A stretch of DNA of 63,437 nucleotides, the filler included, from Octopus bimaculoides (Eukaryota), in the NCBI RefSeq assembly GCF_001194135.2. It is 5 parts of 5 records of this genome, joined end to end, with 100 filler letters (N's around TTAATTAATTAA, not from the genome) between each part and the next. Parts side by side here need not be neighbours in the genome. Positions count along the whole stretch, not along the records: positions 36,665 to 55,598 come from NC_068986.1; positions 55,699 to 61,370 come from NW_026387358.1; 3 more parts are not named here. One strand, 5' to 3'. Shown here one piece after another: positions 50,302 through 61,470 of this stretch (the first letter of the stretch is position 1; the number at the start of each line of letters is the position of its first letter). The translations under genes and the position numbers were made by a program. The notes beneath the pieces were generated by a model that made no database searches, was not told where the DNA came from, and was given only the letters and a program-made list of their open reading frames with translations.

Positions 50302-50337
50302 CTTTCTGTAGAAGAGCGTAGACTCGAAACCTTAAAG
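50302..50337 (+). ncRNA. Degenerate or variant minimal hammerhead-like motif in a T-rich PLE-like terminus
   Basis: CUUU-CUGUAGA-A-GAG(CGUAGA)CUC-GAA-ACCU-U-AAAG. A6 is U and stem III is not palindromic. Confidence 0.35.
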
Positions 50338-50618
50338 ACGTTTTCAATTCTCGAGCGTTATACTAATACATCTGTTTGTTTTCTACACCACCTGTCTTCG
50401 TCTTTTGTTTCTTTGNNNNNNNNNNTATATATAAATTTATGTATATATTAATATTATCTCGGTTGAAACGACTTCGATAATGTAAATATGTTAATAGTTA
50501 CCATGGGTAGCAAAAATCACACAAAAACTAGGATATCACACCCGTTTAATAAGTAGAAATAACATGTTAAAGTGATGTATTTTGAGTAGAATATATATAT
50601 GTACATATGCACACTTAT

Positions 50619-50957
50619 GTTGTTGTTGGCACTACGTCGCTTACGACGTCGAGGGTTCCAGTTGATCCAGCCTGCTCAGACACGTGTACCCTTAACGTAG
50701 CTCTCGGGGATATTCAGCGTGACAGTGTGACAAATCTGACCCTTTGAATTACAGGCACAACAGAAACAAGAAGTAAGAGTGAGAGAAAGTTGTGGGGGAA
50801 GAGTACAGCAGGGTTCGCCACCATACTCTGCCAAAGCCCCGTGGAGCTTTAGGTGTTTTCGCTCAATAAACACTCACAACGCCCGGTCTAGGAATCGAAA
50901 CCGGGACCCTATGACCGCGAGTCCTCTGTTCTAACCACTGGGTCATTGCGCCTCCAC
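50619..50957 (-). mobile_element. tRNA-derived SINE, family A, with 12-bp TSD
   Basis: ATGCACACTTAT at 50607-50618 and 50958-50969. Confidence 0.93.
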
Positions 50958-50965
50958 ATGCACAC

Positions 50966-51127
50966 TTATAAACAAGGGCAAAAGAAAAAAAATCCTATGC
51001 CAAATATGCCGAGAAATAGACTTTAAATCGTCAATAACCACATATTATTCTTCCCTAAAATCACCCGTCTCGAAACAAGCTGACAGAAATTTCTAAAAAA
51101 TTTTTTTCTTTTGCCCTTATTTATAAG
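50966..51127. mobile_element. MITE-like foldback with ~28-bp TIRs
   Basis: TTATAAACAAGGGCAAAAGAAAAAAAAT versus ATTTTTTTCTTTTGCCCTTATTTATAA. Confidence 0.6.
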
Positions 51128-52349
51128 TTGTTGATAATTTTCACCTTATAAGGTATTTTTTAATATGCTGGCCACTTACAAATTTTTTTGAAAATTTTAT
51201 CCTATATTAGATGTACATAATCATATATACATCTTTTACTGTTGGTTGCTCTTCTGGAATATATGTAAAGTATCGGTCTCCTCGTCTTCTCTTCAGCTTT
51301 CGTTGATTTTCTTCCAATTCAAAAGTTTTTCAGTCTCTTATTCGTGACGTCTTAGTTGCTCACACAGTTGAAGATAGCCAAATTCTCATGAATCATATTT
51401 CTTTTTCTCAGCATTAGCCAGGACAAGACTGTTGTAATATTCGGGCCAGCACCGGGAAATCCACCTGTGAATCCGTCTATATTAGTTGAAGGAACATCTT
51501 TTTTTCTTTTAATGCTGATGGCCAATATTCCTTCCTTGGAGTAATATAGGATATAGTGTAAGGAAATTACACTATATAGCAAAGTAGTGAAACGTTTGCT
51601 CGTTATTCAGAGCTACTTCATTTGACACAGACTAACTATAACTAATCTATGACGAGTCTACGAGGGGACCACTAAGTGGTCGCTTACCTAGAAATGCACG
51701 TATAACACAATATTATCTTAGATACAAAAAACACGTATCACACTATATTATCTTAGATACAAAACTCGGAATGACTACTGCTTGAATGTCTTTGTTCATA
51801 GGTCTGCTCGATCACGATTGGCTTGGAGTTAAATAACAGTCTATGCCACCAGTTTCAAGGCATCTCTCTGTAGTCATTCAATCTGCTAGAAACATCAGTC
51901 AAATCTTCCTAATATCACACTCTACTATTTTTCAAAAAGGAAATTAAACATTAGCTAATGTACTTCTACATGTAGTAAGCCCGAAAAGATGACAATGAAT
52001 TTACGATTTGAGCGTCTGAGATGATAGCTCCACGTGATTAGAAAAGGCAGCGATTTCAGATCGTCCGCAAAAGAAAGGGATTATTATAATGAGCAATTAA
52101 ATTTCATAGAAGTACAGGAGATCTGTTACCTAAAACCAAACGTTGTTTAGAAATACGAGGAAAGCATTTAGCAGCAATGGGAAAGCAATACCTATTTAGA
52201 TTGATTCATTGAATGATTGATTAATTGATTGATTAATTCATTCATTCATTGATTAAATGAGATTGCCCGTTGTTATAGTATGATACAGGCATTTTTCATG
52301 TTAGATATTTATATTGGTCTAACGCCATGTAATTTCAATCTCTCTGTCT

Positions 52350-52490
<141 letters not shown>

Positions 52491-52639
52491 AATTAGCGTA
52501 TGGCTGCAGGGATACACTACTGGATCAAATGTCGACAGTTTCCATTTTTATATCGTTCATTTTCTGATCAATAAGGCCGATGGTTTATAGATTTCCAAGG
52601 AGCCAGTAGCTAGATTGAATTACTTCAGTTATAGTAGAG

Positions 52640-52654
52640 TGTGTGTGAGAGAGA

Positions 52655-52750
<96 letters not shown>
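52640..52750. repeat. (GA)n microsatellite
   Basis: Read directly from the sequence. Confidence 0.97.
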
Positions 52751-52752
<2 letters not shown>

Positions 52753-53149
52753 GACATACAGACAGACAGACAGTTAGACACACGAATAGAAATAGACAGA
52801 GAAACAGAGGGTGGAGAGACAAAGTAGTGTTTCTGCAAATCGGACGGAAGAGATAAACAACGCACTTTTTTCGTCGACCTGGTTTATCGACAGTTTTTTT
52901 TTTTTTTGGCTGATGCACATATATTTCGCCGTTATATGCACATCCACACTCATTCACACACATGCACGCGCACACACGCACACACACACATATACACACA
53001 TATTTAGGGTTGGAGGATTGTGAGGGTGGGTGGTATGTCTGTATATATGTGTATATATGCGTGTGTGTGTTTTAGTGTGTGTGAATTCCTGGCGAAGAAG
53101 GCTGTCCTACTCGTTTGTTGAGTTGACGCCACTAAAAAGTTATGCGCAT

Positions 53150-53390
53150 AGATGACTGAAATATCAAAACAGAAAACCAGTGCTGAAAGCAGATTACATC
53201 GCCTTCAACGACTCACACGAACCTCCAACAAGTGGTTGCATGAACAATCCACGAATTACAATCCATGAGCTTGCTGCACAAATGAACTGTAATCATAATG
53301 CATTGCAGAATACAGAGGAATTTGGTTCTCGGAAAGCTTGTGCAAAGCGTGTACCTCGGCACTTGACAACAGGTTGGGTGGAGAGAAAGA
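53150..53390 (+). mobile_element. Mariner transposase fragment (second HTH and WVPRxL-like linker)
   Basis: NNPRITIHELAAQMNCNHNALQNTEEFGSRKACAKRVPRHLT. Confidence 0.7.
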
Positions 53391-53539
53391 TGGAAGACAC
53401 AGTTGCAGATTTTAGATCAAGAGTCTACAAAGTTCTATAGTGTACCAAACGGCCAAGGGAAGTAACCCAGAATTGCACTCATCTGTGAGGGGGTGAAGAA
53501 ATCTTGGGAGTCTGTTTAAAGAACAAGTTATAATAAAAC

Positions 53540-53772
53540 GGCGGCGAGCTGGCAGAAACGTTAGCACGCCAGACGAAATGCTCAGCGGTATTTCGTCTAC
53601 CGTTACGTTCTGAGTTCAAAATCCGCCGAGGTCGACTTTGCCTTTCATCCTTTCGGGGTCGATAAATTAAGTACCAGTTACGCACTGGAGTCGATGTAAT
53701 CGACTTAATACCTTTGTCTGTTCTTGTTTGTCCCCTCTGTGTTTAGTCCCTTGTGGGCAATAAAGAAATAAG
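53540..53772 (+). mobile_element. SINE family C (Meta-like), full length
   Basis: GGCGGCGAGCTGGCAGAAACG head, TGAGTTCAAAATCC box and GCCTTTCATCCTTTCGGGGTCGATAAATTAAGTACCAG domain. Confidence 0.9.
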
Positions 53773-55598
53773 TTATAATAAAACGCTTCAAGAAATGTGG
53801 CATTATTAACAATTTAGGCAACAGTATAGACTTCATTTAAGATGACCTTTTCGATGAATATAATTCTGTGCGTAAGGCTTCCGAGAATCCAAAAATATTA
53901 AAGAATTTTCTAAGTTTGTAGAAAAGAGCACGGCTTTATAGGAATTTACGTTTTATGATCTTTTCAAATGAGTTCCTTTCTATTATGATATTTTTTTTGT
54001 TCTAAACTATGAAGCTTATAATTTTCTTCCCATAAATTTTTAAACCATTTTATTCTTTTGTTTTCCTTTCTCATACACTAATATAAGTATGTGGTAACAG
54101 CATCTCAACTAAGTGGGGTTTAAAATGTTTATACGTTATATTTTGATGTTTCATTTTTGCAAGAAAAACATTGAGAGCACATTAAACGTGTATGTACATT
54201 ATACGCCGTGAAATACAGTAGATAATATAGTCTTAACTGAACTATAGGTAACCAGCTCCAAGTGCCAAGTAATGTTGTTAACCAGTTCTGTCACCTCAAA
54301 ACTACGAAATGAAACATTCACCAAAAAACGGTGGTATATGATCACAGTTGAAATGCCTTCCATCATAATTTGCTCCATCAGAATCGACTGAGACAAAACA
54401 TTTCATGAGAAGGCCAGCAATAACACCAGCAAATCGTCCTTGGCAACCTTTCGCAGAGTTCACTTTGATGCTGGCATACGAAACGACAGTTTTCCGGACT
54501 GAGAATAACATTCTTCCACCATTCTCAAAGCGTAAGAAAGAAAAAAAATTGAAAAAGTAGTGGGTCAAGGGTGCTCCTTGTCCTCATTCCTCTGTCTTTA
54601 CCTAAGAAGAATATTCATTAGTATGCCAGTCACGTAACAAAGCTACTTGTCTTCTTTCTCTTTCTCTGTGTATCATTTCTGCTCAATGTTATAAATATAT
54701 GTCTACAGACTCATTTCTGTCGACTATAAATATATATATCAATGTTTCATAAAACAAGATTTATTTCCTTTTAAAAAGCTTTCCTCCATTATTTTGTATT
54801 CCTCTCTCACAATTTCCACATCTATCAGTTCCTACAGACAGCCGTGTTATTCATAAAGAGACCAACCAAATGATCCAGTCTTCAGAAATTTTCATATCTA
54901 TCTATCTATCTATCTCTGATCTGGACGGATGCTAGTCGCATCGGGTCGCAAGTAAGTTGGCCTTTTATATGTAAAAAATTTTGCAGTTTTAAAATATTTT
55001 TTGTGGAAGAGGTGTATAAGTCTATACACTTCGACCCTATTGGATTTTTGTAATAGGAAGTGGCCCCTTCTGGAGTTTATTTCCAAAAGTTTTTGATTTT
55101 TCTCCGGCTTATTTGCCATATTTCGTAAAAGAAATATGGCTACATATTTCGTAAAAGAAATATGGCTAGGCCTTCACATGTGGTCGATTTGCCTCTAATA
55201 GCAGGCAAGGAGACTGACCAACAAGTCGTTCCGCATGAACGAACACAAGACGTAGAGACCAGGAATGCTGCGTTTACTACTACTGCCTTCACCACCTCCA
55301 CTACTACCATTACGACCGCCACCAACGACAACAAAACCAAAACCGCTACTTCCACCGACATCGCAGCCACCACTACCACCAAGAACAACAACAACTCCAC
55401 TTCTCTTTTGTTCCTTTCACCACAGACAACGGAAGGAGAGAAAGAGAAGAGCATGATGGCCAAACAATTTGCTCAAATACGCCTGAACGCCAAAGAAAAT
55501 TATGAAAAAAATTTCCCGCCACTTCGTAACTCGTATGAAGGTCAGAGGAGTACACAAGAAGAAGGTCACCCATCTGCCACAACAACAACACCTACCAG

Positions 55599-55698
55599 NN
55601 NNNNNNNNNNNNNNNNNNNNNNNNNNNNNNNNNNNNNNNNNNTTAATTAATTAANNNNNNNNNNNNNNNNNNNNNNNNNNNNNNNNNNNNNNNNNNNN
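55599..55698. other. Assembly join marker (44 N + TTAATTAATTAA + 44 N)
   Basis: Same 100-base pattern as at 14940. Confidence 0.92.
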
Positions 55699-55754
55699 AC
55701 ACACACACACACACACACACATATTCACATCAAATATCAATGAAATAGACTCAC

Positions 55755-56009
55755 ATGATGTTACTATGGGTTTGAATTCAGAGCTGGTTGCACTCGCTTT
55801 CATGTCCAGTAACTCTCCCTGCCTGTATTCCAGAAATGAATTCAGCTCTCCACTATGTTTTGGGCCCTTTACTCCGAGGTTATTTGTCCATTTGAACCCT
55901 CGTGGAAAATCTTCAATCAGCCAATTGTGGTCAAAGTTGTACTCCAAGCGCTTATCAAGATTGAGTGTTGCAGTACTGGTTAAGTTTTTGAATTCCCCAG
56001 AGGTGTAAG
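55755..56009 (-). CDS. Internal coding exon (255 nt, phase 1-1) of an unidentified host gene; possibly apolipophorin / large lipid-transfer-protein-like
   Basis: Acceptor TTGTATTCCTTTCATCGGTAG and donor GTGAGT. Open frame AYTSGEFKNLTSTATLNLDKRLEYNFDHNWLIEDFPRGFKWTNNLGVKGPKHSGELNSFLEYRQGELLDMKASATSSEFKPIVTS. The family guess rests only on amphipathic beta-strand character. Confidence 0.72.
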
Positions 56010-56066
56010 CTACCGATGAAAGGAATACAAGGAAAAAAGCAATTTTAAAATATCTCAGTTTGAAAG

Positions 56067-56068
<2 letters not shown>

Positions 56069-56129
<61 letters not shown>

Positions 56130-56191
56130 TAATAATAATAATAATAATAATAATGATAATAATGATAATAATAATAATAATAATAATATTA

Positions 56192-56240
<49 letters not shown>

Positions 56241-56260
56241 TAATAATAATAATAATAATG

Positions 56261-56291
<31 letters not shown>

Positions 56292-56669
56292 NNNNNNNNN
56301 NNNNNNNNNNNNNNNNNNNNNNNNNNNNNNNNNNNNNNNNNNNNNNNNNNNNNNNNNNNNNNNNNNNNNNNNNNNNNNNNNNNNNNNNNNNNNNNNNNNN
56401 NNNNNNNNNNNNNNNNNNNNNNNNNNNNNNNNNNNNNNNNNNNNNNNNNNNNNNNNNNNNNNNNNNNNNNNNNNNNNNNNNNNNNNNNNNNNNNNNNNNN
56501 NNNNNNNNNNNNNNNNNNNNNNNNNNNNNNNNNNNNNNNNNNNNNNNNNNNNNNNNNNNNNNNNNNNNNNNNNNNNNNNNNNNNNNNNNNNNNNNNNNNN
56601 NNNNNNNNNNNNNNNNNNNNNNNNNNNNNNNNNNNNNNNNNNNNNNNNNNNNNNNNNNNNNNTTGAAAG

Positions 56670-56732
<63 letters not shown>

Positions 56733-56740
56733 TAATAATA
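56069..56740. repeat. (AAT)n microsatellite spanning a gap
   Basis: Read directly from the sequence. Confidence 0.97.
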
Positions 56741-56888
56741 ATTGCACCACTGGGCACTGCACACATCCTACGTAAAAGACTTTCAATACAGTAACCATAA
56801 GAACATCACAGCAAACCACAGCACATACTCAAGGCACACAGAGCTGCGCTCGGTAGTGAAGTGAAAGCACGCTATAAAAATAAAACTA

Positions 56889-56892
<4 letters not shown>
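56741..56892 (+). mobile_element. Dong/R4 LINE extreme 3' end (piece a)
   Basis: IAPLGTAHILRKRLSIQ* plus 3' UTR, flanked on both sides by (AAT)n. Confidence 0.85.
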
Positions 56893-56930
<38 letters not shown>

Positions 56931-56933
<3 letters not shown>

Positions 56934-58721
56934 GAGGGACTCATAAAAACCAAAGCCATCCCCATTAGAAGAGGAATATTCCAGCGGGACACGCTCTCTC
57001 CACTCCTTTTCTGCTTGGCACAGACACCTTTATCTGATATTTTAAACAGAACTGGATGCGGATACAAATGTTACGGCAAAACAATCAGCCACCTCTTATA
57101 TATGGATGGCCTAAAACTATACGCTAGAAATGATAAACAGTTGGAAACACTACCACAGAGAGTACATGGATTTACCAAAGAAATAGATATGAAATTTGGC
57201 TTAGAAAAATGTGCCAAAGCAACCTTGAAAAGAAGAAAACTAGTTAAGAGTAGCAATATCACACTAGATAAAGCCAATGAAATAAGAGAATTAGACCAAA
57301 GCCAGACAAAAATATTTAGGAATCAATGAACTTGATACGATACAACACACACAAAAGAAAGAGAAAATAAAGAGTACTATAGACGAGTTAGATCAATATT
57401 GAAAAGAGAGCTAAATGCTAAAAACAAGATAATAGCTATCAACACTTTATCCATCCCAGTTATAAGTTACGGCTACAATATCCTTAACTGGACACTAAAT
57501 GAACTAACCAAAATAGAAGGAAAACAAGAAAAATAATGACAGGATCTAGGATGCACCACCCAAAATCTGACATAGAAAGGCTATATGTACAACGTATAAA
57601 AGGTGGTAGAGGCCTTATACAGCTGGAAAACTATTATAAAATAACCACCATAGGACTGCAAAAAATACCTACTTCAGAAGCAAGGAAAACTAATACAAAT
57701 AGCCACAAAACACGAGCAAAACAAAAAAACTGTTTTCAGTATTTAAGGAAGCTGACAAATACAAACAAGAAGTCATATTACCTAACAAATATGAAGATGA
57801 AGAAGAAACAACAAAAGTTATAAAACAAATGAAATCCAAACTAAAACTAGAACATCAACGGACCATGATAAAACGATGGCAAGAAAAGCCCCTACATGGT
57901 AAATACTGGGCTAAACTAAATGCGAAAGAAATAGACAGAGAAAAATCCCAGCAATGGCTGAGAAGCTCAGGACTCAAAGCAGAGACTGAAGGATTTTTAA
58001 TTGNNNNNNNNNNNNNNNNNNNNNNNNNNNNNNNNNNNNNNNNNNNNNNNNNNNNNNNNNNNNNNNNNNNNNNNNNNNNNNNNNNNNNNNNNNNNNNNNN
58101 NNNNNNNNNNNNNNNNNNNNNNNNNNNNNNNNNNNNNNNNNNNNNNNNNNNNNNNNNNNNNNNNNNNNNNNNNNNNNNNNNNNNNNNNNNNNNNNNNNNN
58201 NNNNNNNNNNNNNNNNNNNNNNNNNNNNNNNNNNNNNNNNNNNNNNNNNNNNNNNNNNNNNNNNNNNNNNNNNNNNNNNNNNNNNNNNNNNNNNNNNNNN
58301 NNNNTGGGACTTACATACACTGGAAGCTATGCCAACACTATGGAATAACAACAGAAAAAAGATGGTATAAGCACACGCCAGAAAAGGTCACAGAAAACGA
58401 GAAAGCAATCATACTATGGGATATGCCAATACACACAGATAGAGAAATTAAGGCCAATAGGCCAGATATAGTTGTCAGAGATCATGAAGAAAAAAATGCT
58501 TTCTAATTGATGTATCAATACCAGCAGATGACAACGTTTCTCTAAAATAAATGGAGAAACTTTCAAAATATAAAGACTCGGAAATAGAGGTAACTCGAAT
58601 GTGGAATCTAAAAACAGAAACAATTTCTATCATAGTAGGTGCCTTAGGTATAATAAAAAAATAATCAGACAAATACATAACAAAAACACCAGGACTTACA
58701 AATATATATGACATACAGAAA
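56931..58721 (+). mobile_element. Dong/R4 LINE body, RT to RLE, lacking its 3' terminus (piece b)
   Basis: RRGIFQRDTLSPLLFCLA, ISHLLYMDGLKLYA, HPKSDIERLYVQRIKGGRGL, KPLHGKYW, LWDMPIHTDREIKANRPDIVV. Confidence 0.92.
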
Positions 58722-58960
58722 GATTAAAGATTAAAGTAAAAGTGATACCAGTGGTAATCGGAGTGTTGGGCTCAATCCCATTGAAACTTCAAAACTTCTT
58801 TAGACAACTGGAAATACCATGCAAGATTTGTCTTGCAAAAAGCAGCCTCATTGGGCACACCTCACATTTTAAGGAAAGTATTATCTGTGTGAGGTCCTAG
58901 TTGTGACTTGACAGATGACTAAAGACTGCGGTGCATTTTTACCTACACTGTGTTACGAAG

Positions 58961-58961
<1 letters not shown>
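58722..58961 (+). mobile_element. Dong/R4 LINE 3' end, different subfamily (piece c)
   Basis: KVKVIPVVIGVLGSIPLKL..., then a frameshifted LGTxHILRKVLSV-like end, a distinct 3' UTR and (AAT)n. Confidence 0.8.
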
Positions 58962-59024
<63 letters not shown>

Positions 59025-59025
<1 letters not shown>

Positions 59026-59490
59026 TGGCAATACGATAAGGTAGCGTAAGCGCTACATTGGAAATTGTGCGAAAAGTGGGAGCTAGAGAGAGGCAAGATG
59101 ACGTATGAGCACAAACTGCAGAGAGTGGTGGAGTCGAAGACTTGCAAAATCCCCTGGCACTTCGCAGTCCCAACACATCAGGTGCCAGAGCATAACAGAC
59201 CGGATCTAATTGTGGTCGACAAGATGCACCACATGTGCTGCATGGTTGATGCTGCGTTTTCCTTTGATCCACGAATAGTGAAGAAGGAGGGCGAAAAAAA
59301 TAAATAAATACAACCCTCTTAAGTGAAAAAGGTAAAGATAGTGCCAATTATTGTTGAGTCCTTGGGGACAGTATCAGAAAGCATCAAGAGGAATATAAAG
59401 GAAATCGGAATAAAGTGCCCAGTAGAACTGTTGCAAATGTTTTGCCTCTTTGGCACGGCCAAAATAATCAGGTAAGTATTAGATAGTTGA
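59025..59490 (+). mobile_element. Dong/R4 LINE RLE region, third subfamily (piece d)
   Basis: LHWKLCEKWELERG...HNRPDLIVVDK...VDAAFSFDPRIVKKEGEK. Begins directly after (AAT)n. Confidence 0.85.
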
Positions 59491-59612
59491 AAAGAACAGA
59501 TAGCACGGTACCCTCCCCAATTCCTCCTCTCCGACTTATAGGTCTACACTTAGTGAGGTACCATCCAATCTTGCCATTTTCGCAACTTTCACCCAACTTT
59601 CAATAAACTCAC

Positions 59613-59735
59613 TTGAAGACAACACTGCTCTCTTCACTCTCAATTTCCTTTTGAATGAGATCTCTATGAAAGAGGAATGTATCAATAATAAATACCCCAT
59701 ATATCTTACCAGGCCTGGTCAAGCCGCTAGCTGAC
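59613..59735 (-). CDS. Candidate internal coding exon (123 nt, phase 2-2), product unknown
   Basis: Branch-like TTCTAAC, acceptor TTAATTTGCAG and donor GTGAGT. Only one open frame: SASGLTRPGKIYGVFIIDTFLFHRDLIQKEIESEESSVVF. An internal acceptor could give a 51-nt exon instead. Confidence 0.5.
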
Positions 59736-60779
59736 CTGCAAATTAAGTAACACTCGTTAGAAATGTGCTGCAGAAGATGTTGAAGCAGAATCATCTCTCA
59801 AGTTGTTCGATTTCTCCCTGATTTGTATGCAACAAGAGAATGAATTTTCAGGAAGATTTGGCTGGTGTTTTTGCAGGTTATATANNNNNNNNNNNNNNNN
59901 NNNNNNNNNNNNNNNNNNNNNNNNNNNNNNNNNNNNNNNNNNNNNNNNNNNNNNNNNNNNNNNNNNNNNNNNNNNNNNNNNNNNNNNNNNNNNNNNNNNN
60001 NNNNNNNNNNNNNNNNNNNNNNNNNNNNNNNNNNNNNNNNNNNNNNNNNNNNNNNNNNNNNNNNNNNNNNNNNNNNNNNNNNNNNNNNNNNNNNNNNNNN
60101 NNNNNNNNNNNNNNNNNNNNNNNNNNNNNNNNNNNNNNNNNNNNNNNNNNNNNNNNNNNNNNNNNNNNNNNNNNNNNNNNNNNNNNNNNNNNNNNNNNNN
60201 NNNNNNNNNNNNNNNNNNNNNNNNNNNNNNNNNNNNNNNNNNNNNNNNNNNNNNNNNNNNNNNNNNNNNNNNNNNNNNNNNNNNNNNNNNNNNNNNNNNN
60301 NNNNNNNNNNNNNNNNNNNNNNNNNNNNNNNNNNNNNNNNNNNNNNNNNNNNNNNNNNNNNNNNNNNNNNNNNNNNNNNNNNNNNNNNNNNNNNNNNNNN
60401 NNNNNNNNNNNNNNNNNNNNNNNNNNNNNNNNNNNNNNNNNNNNNNNNNNNNNNNNNNNNNNNNNNNNNNNNNNNNNNNNNNNNNNNNNNNNNNNNNNNN
60501 NNNATATATATATATATGTATAATGACAGATGGATATGATCTGAGGAAGATTTGGCAACTATTTCTGTCATGTCTACTGACTATGTGGAACCCACTCCTT
60601 GGTAACCCCCCCACACACACACACACAAACACACAAGATTGGGTGACTTCCAAACTTCTCCCCTCGCCCCCTGTTGCCCCACGGCGGTTTCTTTATCGTT
60701 TATTAAACAGAATTAAGGGTCTTATACAATTTAGTATCAGATGCTAATGAAAGAGGTGTCTATGTAGTTTTTCACCTTC

Positions 60780-61326
60780 GTAGAAATAGCAGCCAAATTA
60801 TGCTGAAAACACAGTTTCGTGTTTTAAGAACGAAGAACGTTTTGGATAATGGATTCCTAGATACACTATGTCTGAATGAAAGATGAGGTGGTCATGACCT
60901 GAACACCTTTGATTAGTATGTTTGTAGAAAAAGGAACTGGTATGAGACTAAATAACAAGGAAGGGCTCATTAGATAATGTGGCCCTAGATACACAATGTC
61001 TGAATCATAGATAGGATGGTCAGGTCTGGAACATCTTTGATCATATATTTGCTGGATCAAGGCTGACCTGGGGCGAAGCAGCTAGGAAGGACACATAAGA
61101 TGATGTAATCCTAGATACACTATATCCGAATTAAAGATTGGATTGGCATGTCTGGAATATATTTTGATCATGTCTACTGGATCAAGGCTGACCTGGGGCT
61201 AAACAACAACAAAGAAGGACAATAAATAATGTAGTCTTTGATATGCTTTGTCTAAATAAAAGATGGGAAAGCCATGACTGGAACGCCTTTGATTATAGGC
61301 TTTCTAGATCATGTCTAACTTGAGAC

Positions 61327-61369
<43 letters not shown>

Positions 61370-61370
61370 C
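60780..61370 (+). mobile_element. Dispersed repeat family E with four diverged ~127-bp tandem copies of its 3' half and an (AAC)n tail
   Basis: TAGAAATAGCAGCCAAAT start. GATAATG..CCTAGATACAC..TG units at ~60845, ~60973, ~61100 and ~61225. Confidence 0.75.
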
Positions 61371-61470
61371 NNNNNNNNNNNNNNNNNNNNNNNNNNNNNN
61401 NNNNNNNNNNNNNNTTAATTAATTAANNNNNNNNNNNNNNNNNNNNNNNNNNNNNNNNNNNNNNNNNNNN
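61371..61470. other. Assembly join marker (44 N + TTAATTAATTAA + 44 N)
   Basis: Same 100-base pattern as at 14940. Confidence 0.92.

Noticed and set aside
54199-54568. Two overlapping minus-strand ORFs near the LLTP-like exon
   Set aside because: No convincing splice-site pair or recognisable motif; stops occur in adjoining frames.
56058-56690. TTGAAAGAT(AAT)n present on both sides of the gap, resembling a TSD or duplication
   Set aside because: Most simply explained by overlapping contig ends left unmerged.
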